Shown one piece after another: positions 36,182 to 45,801 of a stretch of 64,000 bases of DNA (position 1 is the stretch's first letter; every line of letters starts with the position of its first letter). The translations under genes were made by a program, and so were the position numbers. The stretch is from NCBI GenBank assembly GCA_027623675.1, contig JAQBVF010000007.1, forward strand, positions 45,675-109,674. Reading direction: 5' to 3'. Source of the DNA: Chloroflexota bacterium. GTDB lineage: Bacteria; Chloroflexota; Dehalococcoidia; Lucifugimonadales; UBA3495. Under the pieces are notes generated by a model. That model was not told the origin of the DNA. It did no database searches and saw only the letters and a program-made list of their open reading frames with translations.

Positions 36182-36781
36182 TGTTGTTTTGTTTCGTTAC
36201 TGTATTTGTTGCGTGAGATAATCGTGTTACTTAATAAAATAAAGATATTTTTACTGAATTCGTTAATTCTTGAGGTGTTCCACGCCCTTCGGCGTTGGGT
36301 TTGTTCCCCTATGATTGTTCTTACGTGTATCAACCGCATTCGGACTTACGAATCGTCCTTTGGCATGGAGGCCGGGTCCGGGGTGGTCACGATCGTTTCA
36401 GCTTCCGATAACCATTCTGATCACTATGATGCGGGCGTCGCGATTCCGGTCCGGGGCACCGATCTGAATGCCGCTGCCACCAGATCAAGCGAGCGAGGCA
36501 ACCAAGACTACAACCAGGGCTTGATGAATGGAGAAGTCCAAAATGCGGCTGAATCAATTCTCTGACAGGGCACAATCAGGGTCAAGCCGACGTTGTCATG
36601 CCAATTTACTGGATTCCATGAACGTCATTCGTCACCATATGCGGTCCGAATTGGCGTCAAACAGGAGGTCTTCGACCGGGGAGTGTCAGACGATGGGGAA
36701 TTAAACCGAGGATGTGCGGCTATTTAAGATCGTGATGAAGACCGGGCCGCGCCAGTCTGGAGACTGGCGCGGCAGAGGGCG

Positions 36782-37840
36782 TTAAGCGTGTTTGACGATC
36801 TCTTCCGTGGCCATCCGAGTGACGCCCCACCCGGCCAACCAAGCAGAATGACGGCCATCGCCTCCGGCAACAATGGGCACGATGTCGCTTGAAGAGCGCA
36901 CGATGGGCACCAGGGTCTCGGGGTTGGTCTCATCCACCCAACTGGGCCAGTTGCGGTTTCCATAGTGCGCTCGTCCCACCAACACCTTCATCGGCATTCG
37001 TGCGTTCTGGTAGACGTATTCCTGGATATCGGACTTGGACAGTCCTGAGGCGGCAATCTCTTCGGCATGCTCTGGGCAGATGACCAACACGATCTGGGCG
37101 CCGGTACCTATCTGGTAGTAATTCGAGATTCCAGTTGCCTTCATATTGCCAACGATCGTCTGCAATACCTCCAGTCCGGTGGACACGGTTGTCTCCATGA
37201 TGGTGTATACGCCCCGAACCGCCACCACGGTCACCGTGCTGGAGCCTGCGGGATAACCAAGCTGGATGTTTCTGGCCTCCCAGGGACTGCGCTCCTCGTT
37301 CTCGGCGAAGCAGAAGCTGTAGCGTCCGGGCGTGGCCAGCGTGGCCTTGTCCATGACCCCGGGTATCAGCCCACCCACATTGCGGATGACCAACCGCAGC
37401 GCCCTGCCGATGGCTGCATTCGCCCTGGAGCCCGGCCCGAAGCAGGCGGCATCACCGTTTATGCCCAGCTCCTTGGCTATGGGGCCGTTGACGATCACCA
37501 CCTGGGCTGCTCCACCGGTGGTTGCGGCGTTACCCCCCAAGTTGAAGTCCTTGTCCAGGGCCGCTTTCACCGCAGCGACCACCACTGGGAAATACTCCGG
37601 CTTACAACCGGCCATGACCGAGTTGATCGCTATCTTCTCCAGCGTCGCCTGGGAGTTCCGAGGCTGCATCGTGCCCAGGGAGAACGACGGGGCTCCGCCG
37701 TACCCGGCCAGCATCGCGCGCACTAGCGGTTCCGTGGGCGGCACCACCGGCAACCCGTCCGTCCATCCCTGGTCCCAGCAGTAGTCCTGGATGTCCTGGA
37801 AGGAATCGGATACCTCTACGCGCCTAGCATTTAGAGTCAC
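36782..37840 (-). CDS. Conserved uncharacterised 'DGLPVxPPT' protein, UGSC-associated partner, paralog 2
   Basis: GWTDGLPVVPPT, ATLEKIAINSVMAGC, GPGSRANAAIGRALRL, AENEE. Confidence 0.88.
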   Translation of the reverse strand: MTLNARRVEVSDSFQDIQDYCWDQGWTDGLPVVPPTEPLVRAMLAGYGGAPSFSLGTMQPRNSQATLEKIAINSVMAGCKPEYFPVVVAAVKAALDKDFNLGGNAATTGGAAQVVIVNGPIAKELGINGDAACFGPGSRANAAIGRALRLVIRNVGGLIPGVMDKATLATPGRYSFCFAENEERSPWEARNIQLGYPAGSSTVTVVAVRGVYTIMETTVSTGLEVLQTIVGNMKATGISNYYQIGTGAQIVLVICPEHAEEIAASGLSKSDIQEYVYQNARMPMKVLVGRAHYGNRNWPSWVDETNPETLVPIVRSSSDIVPIVAGGDGRHSAWLAGWGVTRMATEEIVKHA

Positions 37841-37950
37841 GGGCTTGACCTCGTCAGTTGATTTCGGGGATGCAAGTTCAGGTGAAGATTCTCCGGCGGA
37901 ACGGCCGGCAAGTCAAGACGGCCGCGCCGTTTAGATCAGACCGGCAAATC

Positions 37951-37979
37951 AAAAGAGGGGCCGGTCTGGCCCCTCTTTT
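37951..37979. terminator. Intrinsic terminator
   Basis: AAAAGAGGGGCC-ggtct-GGCCCCTCTTTT. Confidence 0.8.
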
Positions 37980-38010
37980 GTTCTCGTATCGGGTATGCCT
38001 AGGGAGAGCG

Positions 38011-38553
38011 TTACTTCCCCGTGAGCAGTCCTACGATCTCCGGTGCGAAATCGCGGGCCATCTGCTGGACCTCGGGGATGGTCCTGGGAGCCAGCGGACT
38101 GGGCAGCACCACGATGCGGGCGCCCGGCATGCCCAGAGCAGTCGCCCTGGCGTGGGCTGCCCTGGTAAAGGTGCTGGTTATCACGCTGACGGAAGGCTTT
38201 CCCTTGGATTCTGTGATCACTGTGTCGTGGAGACCCCACGCTGTGCAGGACCCTCAATCCGCGATGGCGTGTATCACCACATCGCATTCGTCGACCAGCG
38301 ACTGAATCGTGTCGTCGGCACAGGGGGCGCTGTAGGTGAACTTGGTGGCGTAGACCACTTTTGCGGCGCCGTAGTCCTTGAGTAGCACCTCTTTCAGCTC
38401 GCCCAAGAAGGCGTCGGCGTGGTACTTGCGGTTCTCCAGCAGACCCACCACTTTGCCCTGCAGATCGGGCAGTGCGTCGCTCAGGCCCAACTCCTCGGGA
38501 ACATCCTCCGCGGTGGGATCCAGTATCTCAATCATTCGTGTTGCTTGCGCCAT
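38011..38553 (-). CDS. UGSC-family selenoprotein, paralog 2 (Sec at UGA 38254-38256)
   Basis: ORFs 38254-38553 and 38011-38220 join in frame: VIHAIAD-U-GSCTAWGLHDTVITESKGKPSVSVITSTF. Confidence 0.9.
38226..38240 (-). promoter_or_regulatory. Putative bacterial SECIS element
   Basis: mRNA hairpin CGUGG-GGUCU-CCACG starts 13 nt after the UGA, the same position as in paralog 1. Confidence 0.65.
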
Positions 38554-38621
38554 GGTCTCCCCCTGATAGATGTTTGCTCGGAAGTTTGCTTGGAGTTTGC
38601 TACCACCGCTCTAATGGGCAG

Positions 38622-39758
38622 CTAGCCGCCCATCTGGAAGAATTTGCCCTCTGTTTTGATGGAAGGGGCGATGACCATCTCGGCTTTGTGCAGGTCCCGG
38701 ATGGTGTAGGCGCCGCACATGCCCATGGCAACCCTAAGGGCGCCGATGAAGTTTTGCGTGCCGTCGGTGCGGGAGGTAGGACCGTACAATATCTGTTTCA
38801 GCGTGCCCTTGGTCCCAACGGAGATGCGGGTGCCTCTGGGCAGTTCGGGGTGAGGGTTGGCCATGCCCCAGTTGTAGCCGTGGCCGGGGGCCTCTTCCGC
38901 CTGGGCGAAGGGTGTTCCCAGCATCACGCCGTCCGCGCCGCTGACCATGGCTTTGCAGATATCACCGCCGGTCCGGAAACCGCCGTCGGTTATGACACTG
39001 ACGTAGCGGCCGGTGCGCCTGAAGTAATCTTCCCTGGCCGCCGCGCATTGGAGCGTCGCGGTTACCTGGGGAACGCCAACTCCCACCACCTCGCGGGTGG
39101 TGCAGGCGGCACCGGGACCAACGCCGACCAATAATCCGTCGATGCCGGTTTCCATCAGTTCCGAAGCCACTTCATAGGTGACGCAGTTGCCAACGACAAC
39201 CGGCACTTTCAGAGCCTCGATAAGCTCCGAGAAGACCAGTCCGCGGTAGCTGTTGGACATGTGCCGGGCGGTGGTGACGGTGGACTGGACAACCACCATG
39301 TCGGCCCCGGCCTCAACGGCGGCGGGTGACATGCGTTTGGTGTTCTGGGGGGTGAAAGAAACGGCGCACGTGGCGCCGGTGCTCTTGATCTCGCGGACCC
39401 GCTTGCCGATCAGCTCGTCGCGGATGGGTTCAGAGTATACCTTTTGAAGGAATTCGGTGACTGATTCCTGGGGGCAGGAGATTATCTCTTCAAGGACTGC
39501 ATAGGGGTCGTCGTATCTGGTATATAGGCCCTCGGCGTTCAGGACGCCCAGACCGCCCATCTCATGCATGTACGAAGCGAATCCCGGCGACACAGTCCCG
39601 TCCATCGCCGAAGCCATGACGGGAATCTCAAACTCCAAGTCGCCGATGGTCATCTTGGTGGAGGTCAATTCGGGGTTGATCGTGACTTGCCCAGGCACGA
39701 TTGCCACTTCATCGAAGCCGTACGAGCGTTCTAGTTCTTTAAAGAGCCTTCTCCCCAT
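38622..39758 (-). CDS. guaB: IMP dehydrogenase-related protein (GuaB3 type, no CBS domains)
   Basis: [16 protein letters not shown] (catalytic Cys), ITDGG, VMLGTP, WGMA. Confidence 0.92.
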   Translation of the reverse strand: MGRRLFKELERSYGFDEVAIVPGQVTINPELTSTKMTIGDLEFEIPVMASAMDGTVSPGFASYMHEMGGLGVLNAEGLYTRYDDPYAVLEEIISCPQESVTEFLQKVYSEPIRDELIGKRVREIKSTGATCAVSFTPQNTKRMSPAAVEAGADMVVVQSTVTTARHMSNSYRGLVFSELIEALKVPVVVGNCVTYEVASELMETGIDGLLVGVGPGAACTTREVVGVGVPQVTATLQCAAAREDYFRRTGRYVSVITDGGFRTGGDICKAMVSGADGVMLGTPFAQAEEAPGHGYNWGMANPHPELPRGTRISVGTKGTLKQILYGPTSRTDGTQNFIGALRVAMGMCGAYTIRDLHKAEMVIAPSIKTEGKFFQMGG

Positions 39759-39997
39759 CCCTGCGCACCTCTTCCATAACCGATTCTTTAAGCGATTTAA
39801 TCAGTTAATCCGGCCAAAAGTCAACCAAGAAGCAAGGCTGGAGCACCCTGGTAAGATTCTGGCGGATACCGATGCTGAGATCCCCGCCTGGATTCCAGAG
39901 TGAACTCCCGGATAAACCCTCGGTCGTGCCCTGCGGCTGAAACCCGAATGAGAACCGGACGGAGGACCTTTGACCTAGCTTTAATGAAGCGATACGA

Positions 39998-40031
39998 GCA
40001 TCCGGGCAGGCATCCGGGCAGGCATCCGGGC
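39998..40031. repeat. Tandem repeat (GCATCCGGGCAG)x2.8
   Basis: Read directly; lies between the divergent guaB and 5S rRNA genes. Confidence 0.9.
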
Positions 40032-40129
40032 CGGCGAGCAAGATTGATCAGGGTGTTGACCCGTGTGGCCCGGCGGCGCACCGGCCAAGATTGGCGGAAT
40101 TTTGGTGCCAGATTTTACCAAATTCCCTC

Positions 40130-40158
40130 TTGCGGGGTTGTGAAAAATGGTGCATACT
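40130..40158 (+). promoter_or_regulatory. Putative promoter of the 5S rRNA gene
   Basis: TTGCGG-N17-CATACT, ending about 17 nt before the 5S 5' end. Confidence 0.5.
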
Positions 40159-40175
40159 GTCGTAGCTGATGTATC

Positions 40176-40293
40176 TCCTGGTGGTTCTAGCGAGGTGGCC
40201 CCACCCGTTTCCATCCCGAACACGGTAGTGAAACGCCTCAGCGCCTACGATACTGCTCTGGCGACGGAGTGGGAAAATAGGTCATCGCCAGGA
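40176..40293 (+). rRNA. rrf: 5S ribosomal RNA
   Basis: TCCTGGTG...CACCCGTTTCCATCCCGAACACGGTAGTGAAACGCCTCAGCGCC..GATACT..GGGAAAATAGGTCATCGCCAGGA; terminal helix TCCTGG/CCAGGA. Confidence 0.97.
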
Positions 40294-40567
40294 GGTATAC
40301 CATCTTTTCGAATGCCTCCCCCCTTGTTGCACTTTCCCAGTCGACGGCCCCGGTGAATCCAGCCCAAGAGACCCTCTTTCCTATCACTCCGTTTCTTCTC
40401 CCTAGTGTAAGTGCCGGCCGTGCATCCACGGCGTCATCTACAACACGGTGACAACGCAGAGATAGGTGCCCCGCTCCGGCTTGATTGTCTTAGGGTAGTC
40501 TTTCGGTCCGGCGGTTATTGGTCAGGTTGGATACGTGCTTCCGGCAGCTTAACTGCATCCTTGTGCC

Positions 40568-40596
40568 TTTACACTGAGTTAGGCCTCTAATATAAT
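40568..40596 (+). promoter_or_regulatory. Sigma70 promoter of clpC
   Basis: TTTACA-N17-TATAAT. Confidence 0.75.
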
Positions 40597-40800
40597 TGGT
40601 TGCACGAGGGCCACGAGGGTGAACTCCCCGGCGGGGCCCCGTCTCCACCACAGAACGGCCCAGCCCACAGGACTCTCCCTCCGCTACCGGGTGTTAAAAG
40701 CACCAAGGCGGCAGACGTTCTTTAGAGTGGCAAGCCTCTCCAACAGGCGCCCATCGACCGGCGGGTGCCTCACCTTACTCCCATGCAGGAGCGTAATCAA

Positions 40801-43329
40801 ATGGGCAGTAGATTCGAGAAGTTCTCCGAACGCGCACGGCGGGTGCTGTCGCTGGCACAAGAAGAAGCCCAGCGGTTCAACCACAACTACATCGGCACCG
40901 AGCATATCTTGCTAGGCCTGGTCCGGGAGACGGAAGGCGTGGCAGCCCGAGTGCTTTCCAGTTTGTCCGTGGACCTAAGCAAGGTCCGGTCCGCTGTTGA
41001 ATTCATCATCGGACGCGGCGAAAAGCCGGCCCAGGGCGAGATTGGTCTCACCCCCCGCGCCAAGAAGGTGGTGGAACTGGCCGTGGATGAAGCCCGGCGG
41101 ATGAACCACACCTATATAGGAACCGAACATCTGCTCATCGGCCTGCTTCGCGAAGGCGAAGGCGTGGCCGCAGGCGTGTTGGAAAGTTTGGGAGTCACCC
41201 TGGACAAGGTCCGGGCCGAGACTCACCGCATCCTCAACCACACATCCGGCACCGGCGCTCAGGCCGGTCGGACAACCTCCAAGACCCCCACCCTGGACCA
41301 GCTGGGCATCGACCTAACCGTCGCCGCCAAGTCCGAGAAGCTTGACCCGGTCATCGGCCGGGAGAAAGAGATCGAACGGATGATCCAGATCCTCAGCCGC
41401 CGAACCAAGAACAACCCGGTCCTGGTTGGCGAGCCTGGCGTGGGTAAGACCGCCATCGTAGAAGCCCTGGCCCAGCAGATCGGCAGGGGCGACGTTCCCG
41501 ACACACTGCAAGGAAAGCGCTTGGTCACGCTGGACATGGGCGCTCTGGTCGCGGGCACCAAGTACCGCGGCGAGTTTGAAGAGCGGCTGAAGAAAGTTAT
41601 TGAAGAGATCAAGACCGCGGGTAACTGCGTCCTGTTCATCGACGAGATTCACACGATAGTTGGGGCTGGCGCCGCGGAAGGCGCGGTTGACGCCTCCAAC
41701 ATCCTGAAGCCCTCCCTGGCGCGCGGCGAGATTCAATGCATCGGCGCCACCACTCTGGACGACTACCGGAAGTACGTCGAGCGCGACCCCGCTCTGGAGC
41801 GCCGCCTACAGCCCGTTCGGGTTGAAGAGCCCTCCGACGACGACACGGTGGCCATCTTGATGGGGATCAGAAGCAAATACGAGGACCACCACAAGGTTGA
41901 CATCACGGATGAAGCCATCCGCAGCGCAGCCGTCTTGGCCCAGCGCTACATCTCCGACCGCTTCCTGCCCGACAAAGCCATCGACCTGATCGACGAGGCC
42001 GGCTCCAGAGTCAGGCTGCGCGGCAGCGTCACCCCGGCGTCGGTCAAAGACGCCATGCAGGTGCTGGAGCAGGTCCGCAAAGACAAGGACGAAGCCATCG
42101 CGTCGCAGCAATACGAGGCGGCGGCGGAGCTTCGCGACCAGGAACTGCGGCAGAACGAAGACCTGGACACGCTCGAGAAGGAATGGCAGGAAGGCCAGAA
42201 TAAAGAGCGCCGGGTCGTCACCGAGGACGATATCGCCGAGGTCGTCAGCATGTGGACCGGCATTCCGGTTTCCCGGCTGGCGGAAGAGGAGACCGAGCGC
42301 CTCCTCCAGATGGAAGCGGAACTGCACAAGCGGATCATCGGACAGGACGAGGCTATCATCAGCGTCTCCAAATCCGTGCGCCGCGCCCGGTCCGGCCTCA
42401 AGGACGCCCGCCGACCCATCGGCGTGTTCATGTTCCTTGGCCCCACCGGTGTGGGCAAGACCGAATTGGTCCGCGCCCTAGCCGAGTTCATGTTCGGCGA
42501 TGAAGACAACATGATTCGCCTGGACATGTCCGAGTTCCAAGAACGGCACACGGTCGCCCGGCTGATCGGCGCTCCTCCCGGATACGTCGGCTATGACGAA
42601 GGCGGGCAATTGACCGAGGCCGTCCGGCGCAAGAATTACTGTGCCGTGCTGTTGGACGAGATTGAAAAGGCTCACCCAGAGGTTTTCAACATCCTCTTGC
42701 AGATATTCGATGCCGGCCAACTGACGGATGCCCGGGGCCGGAAGGTGGACTTCCGGAACTCCATCCTGATCATGACCAGCAACCTGGGGTCCGACCTGAT
42801 CAAGCGGGAGACCTCGTTGGGTTTCTCGGCCATGACGACCGACTCCCAGACCGATGCGAGCGCCTACGCCCGGATGAAAGAAAAGGTGTTGGAAGAGGTC
42901 AAGCGCTTCTTCCGGCCTGAGTTCCTCAACCGGATCGACTCAACTGTGGTGTTCCATCAACTCACCCAGCCGGAGATTCTGGAGATCGTTGACTTGATGA
43001 TGAATCAGGTCCGCGGCGAACTTGCTGAGAAAGATATCGAACTGGAGATCACCGAAGCAGCCAAGATACACCTGGGAGAGAAGGGTTTCGACCCGGTCTT
43101 GGGTGCCCGGCCGCTGCGGAGACTGATTCAGGACGAGATCGAAGATAGCCTGTCCGATGAGGTCCTCAGCCGACGGCTAGTGGCCGGTGATGTGGCCTAC
43201 ATCGACATGGACGGAGACGCCGTCAAGATCACGTCCAAGAAGGCCAAAGCCAAGCCCAAGGGCAAAGCCAAAGCTGAATCTTCCGCTGAATCTTCGGAGG
43301 AAGCTGAACCTGCGGCTTCGGGTGACTAA
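40801..43329 (+). CDS. clpC: ATP-dependent Clp protease ATP-binding subunit ClpC
   Basis: Two Clp-N repeats ([16 protein letters not shown]), [11 protein letters not shown] coiled coil, [11 protein letters not shown] ClpP-docking loop, GARPLRR. Confidence 0.97.
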   Translation: MGSRFEKFSERARRVLSLAQEEAQRFNHNYIGTEHILLGLVRETEGVAARVLSSLSVDLSKVRSAVEFIIGRGEKPAQGEIGLTPRAKKVVELAVDEARRMNHTYIGTEHLLIGLLREGEGVAAGVLESLGVTLDKVRAETHRILNHTSGTGAQAGRTTSKTPTLDQLGIDLTVAAKSEKLDPVIGREKEIERMIQILSRRTKNNPVLVGEPGVGKTAIVEALAQQIGRGDVPDTLQGKRLVTLDMGALVAGTKYRGEFEERLKKVIEEIKTAGNCVLFIDEIHTIVGAGAAEGAVDASNILKPSLARGEIQCIGATTLDDYRKYVERDPALERRLQPVRVEEPSDDDTVAILMGIRSKYEDHHKVDITDEAIRSAAVLAQRYISDRFLPDKAIDLIDEAGSRVRLRGSVTPASVKDAMQVLEQVRKDKDEAIASQQYEAAAELRDQELRQNEDLDTLEKEWQEGQNKERRVVTEDDIAEVVSMWTGIPVSRLAEEETERLLQMEAELHKRIIGQDEAIISVSKSVRRARSGLKDARRPIGVFMFLGPTGVGKTELVRALAEFMFGDEDNMIRLDMSEFQERHTVARLIGAPPGYVGYDEGGQLTEAVRRKNYCAVLLDEIEKAHPEVFNILLQIFDAGQLTDARGRKVDFRNSILIMTSNLGSDLIKRETSLGFSAMTTDSQTDASAYARMKEKVLEEVKRFFRPEFLNRIDSTVVFHQLTQPEILEIVDLMMNQVRGELAEKDIELEITEAAKIHLGEKGFDPVLGARPLRRLIQDEIEDSLSDEVLSRRLVAGDVAYIDMDGDAVKITSKKAKAKPKGKAKAESSAESSEEAEPAASGD

Positions 43330-43375
43330 CGGCGGGGAAACCCATCGATAGTCCGGTAAAGATTCGGAACCACTG

Positions 43376-43407
43376 ACAGAAGGCCCCACGATTGTGGGGC
43401 CTTCTGT
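43376..43407 (+). terminator. Intrinsic terminator of clpC
   Basis: ACAGAAGGCCCCAC-gatt-GTGGGGCCTTCTGT; immediately followed by TGtTATAAT, a possible radA promoter. Confidence 0.8.
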
Positions 43408-43470
43408 TGTTATAATGGCCAGGTTCCCGGCTGGCCAGCCGGAATATTCCTGAGCTGTGGGGGTGTGGGC

Positions 43471-44913
43471 GTGGCTAAGGCGAAAGAGGGCAGGCGGAGC
43501 ATCTTCATGTGCCCGTCCTGCGGGAATGAATCTCCCAAGTGGATGGGGTTTTGCCCAGCCCAAGGTTGCGGCTCCCAGAGTCCTCTGGTCGAAGCAGCGA
43601 TGGCTACCCCTGCGCCCAAGGGGCGTTCCGCCAGATGGCTCCCCGCCCAGCCCACCGAAGCCGTCGAACTGTCCTCCATATCATCCGACACCCAACCCCG
43701 CGGCCCGTTGCCCTCCGGCGAACTGAACCGCGTCTTGGGCGGCGGGGTGGTCCCGGGGTCGGTAGTCCTGCTGGCCGGCGAACCGGGCGTCGGCAAATCA
43801 ACCCTGTTGCTCCAGTTGGCCCAGTACGCCGCCGCCAAGGGAGAGCAGGTCCTCTATGTCAGCGGCGAAGAATCCCCCCAACAGATCAAACTGCGCTCTG
43901 ACCGTTTGGGGATCTCCGGAAAGGGCGTGCTCATGCTGCCCGAGACCGACCTGGAAGCAGTGATCGAAAAACTGGACTCGATCAAACCAAGCATGGCCAT
44001 CGTCGATTCCATCCAGACGCTGTACAGCGCCACCGAATCCTCCGGACCTGGCAGCGTGGGCCAGGTCCGGGAGGCGGGCCTGCTGTTGCTGCGGTGGGCG
44101 AAGGCCAGCGGCATCCCCGTGTTCGTCTCGGGCCACATGACCAAGGACGGCTCTTTGGCCGGACCCAGAGTCTTGGAACACATGGTCGACGTGGTCCTGT
44201 ACCTGGAATCCCAGGAGGACGGCGCCTACCGGGTATTGCGGGCCGGCAAGAACCGGTTTGGAGCAACCACCGAAGTCGGCGTTTTCGACATGACCGAACG
44301 AGGACTTGTTGACGTGTCCGACCCATCCAAAGCCCTTTTGGCCCAGCGTGCCGGGGGCTCCATCGGAGGGGCGTTGGTTCCCATCGTTGAAGGCAGCCGG
44401 GCGTTGTTATTGGAGGTCCAGGCCCTGACATCACCCTCTCAACTACCAACCCCGCGCCGGGTCGCCAACGGCTTTGACTACAACCGGTTGCTCATGCTGG
44501 CGGCGGTGTCCTCCCGCAGGGCCGGACTGGAGCTTTCTAATCAGGACATCATCGTCAACGTGGCGGGCGGGTTCAAGATCAGTGAACCGGCGGCAGACCT
44601 GGCTCTGGTGCTGGCAATGGCGTCGAGCCTCTACAACTCGCCGCTGGACCCCGAGATGTGCGCCTTTGGCGAGGTGGGGTTGAGCGCGGAGGTTAGGACG
44701 GTCTCCCAGGCGCAACGAAGGGTCAATGAAGCCGCCCGATTGGGATTGAAGAAGTGCATCCTGCCTGAAGCGTGTCTGGACAGCCTGACAGTGCCCCAGA
44801 ACATGAAGGTCACCGGAGTGAGGACCTTGCGGCAAGCGGTCAACGCCGTGCTGGCCCAAGACCGGACCGAATCCTGGGCTGCCGAGCGCGAATCGGCGTT
44901 GGAACCCGGCTAG
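43471..44913 (+). CDS. radA: DNA repair protein RadA/Sms
   Basis: N-terminal C4 zinc finger, GEPGVGKSTLLLQ, DSIQT, GPRVLEHMVD, KNRFG. Confidence 0.97.
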   Translation: MAKAKEGRRSIFMCPSCGNESPKWMGFCPAQGCGSQSPLVEAAMATPAPKGRSARWLPAQPTEAVELSSISSDTQPRGPLPSGELNRVLGGGVVPGSVVLLAGEPGVGKSTLLLQLAQYAAAKGEQVLYVSGEESPQQIKLRSDRLGISGKGVLMLPETDLEAVIEKLDSIKPSMAIVDSIQTLYSATESSGPGSVGQVREAGLLLLRWAKASGIPVFVSGHMTKDGSLAGPRVLEHMVDVVLYLESQEDGAYRVLRAGKNRFGATTEVGVFDMTERGLVDVSDPSKALLAQRAGGSIGGALVPIVEGSRALLLEVQALTSPSQLPTPRRVANGFDYNRLLMLAAVSSRRAGLELSNQDIIVNVAGGFKISEPAADLALVLAMASSLYNSPLDPEMCAFGEVGLSAEVRTVSQAQRRVNEAARLGLKKCILPEACLDSLTVPQNMKVTGVRTLRQAVNAVLAQDRTESWAAERESALEPG

Positions 44914-44919
44914 AGTTAC

Positions 44920-45396
44920 CTAGTGGGTGTGGCTTTCGGCTGCCGACTGGCCCAAGTCTTGGCCCGAATCTTGATGCGAGAATTCGTGGTCTTCGCAGGC
45001 AACCCAGCGTGAGCCGTCCTCGTAGACCTCTTTCTTCCAGATCGGGACCACCTCTTTGATACGGTCCACGGCTTGGTGGCAGGCGGCAAATCCATCTTTG
45101 CGGTGGGGCGACCCGACGGCCACCACCAGGCTGATCTCGCCGATGCCCACGGTCCCGATGCGGTGGCTGATGGCCACCTGCTCCAGACCAAACTCGGCCA
45201 TCAACTCCTGACGGACCTCTTCAAGTTTCTTGAGGGCCATCTCGTCGAAGGCCTCGTACTCCAGTGTCAGGACTTTCTTGCCCTCAAAGTTGTCCCTGGT
45301 GGTTCCCAAGAAAGTCACCACCGAGCCGTTGGTGTCGCGGCGAACGGAGGCAGTTACCTTCTCCGGATCAAGGGTGTCGGTTGTCAGTTCTATCAT
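44920..45396 (-). CDS. moaE: Molybdopterin synthase catalytic subunit
   Basis: VTFLGTTRD, LEYEA, HRIG, SPHR, VPIWKKE. Confidence 0.95.
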   Translation of the reverse strand: MIELTTDTLDPEKVTASVRRDTNGSVVTFLGTTRDNFEGKKVLTLEYEAFDEMALKKLEEVRQELMAEFGLEQVAISHRIGTVGIGEISLVVAVGSPHRKDGFAACHQAVDRIKEVVPIWKKEVYEDGSRWVACEDHEFSHQDSGQDLGQSAAESHTH

Positions 45397-45423
45397 TCGC
45401 TAGGCCTTTACTCGGAATCTCAA

Positions 45424-45669
45424 TCAGCCACCGCTAACGGGCGGGATCAGGCAAACGTCGTCGCCGGGTTGGAGCACAACACTGGCATCGGCATAGTCGG
45501 TGTTCACCGCCACGACGATGTTAACTTCGGGCGGCGCCAGGTTGGGGAATCGACGGCGCATCTCGTCCGTAAGGTCCGCGACCGTCGCTCCGTCAGGAAC
45601 GACCACCGGCACGATGCTTCGGCCAGCCCGCTCCCGGTATAGGGCAAATAACCTCACGTTGAGTTCCAT
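45424..45669 (-). CDS. moaD: Molybdopterin synthase sulfur carrier
   Basis: LFALYRERAG...AVN..GDDVCLIPPVSGG with C-terminal GG. Confidence 0.95.
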   Translation of the reverse strand: MELNVRLFALYRERAGRSIVPVVVPDGATVADLTDEMRRRFPNLAPPEVNIVVAVNTDYADASVVLQPGDDVCLIPPVSGG

Positions 45670-45801
45670 GTTTCCGGGTAAGCTCCAGCGGCCGAGCCGC
45701 CTAATAAAAAAGCCCGGGCCACAGGCTGCCGGGCCGTCATTTTGGTTTATGAACCATTATCCCATAGCGGTCCATGCCGCGCCAGTCTTGCCTAGCTTGC
45801 T

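Noticed and set aside
39760-39990. Purine-sensing riboswitch upstream of guaB
   Set aside because: No recognisable aptamer, and a candidate TTGACT promoter lies close to the start codon, leaving little room for one.
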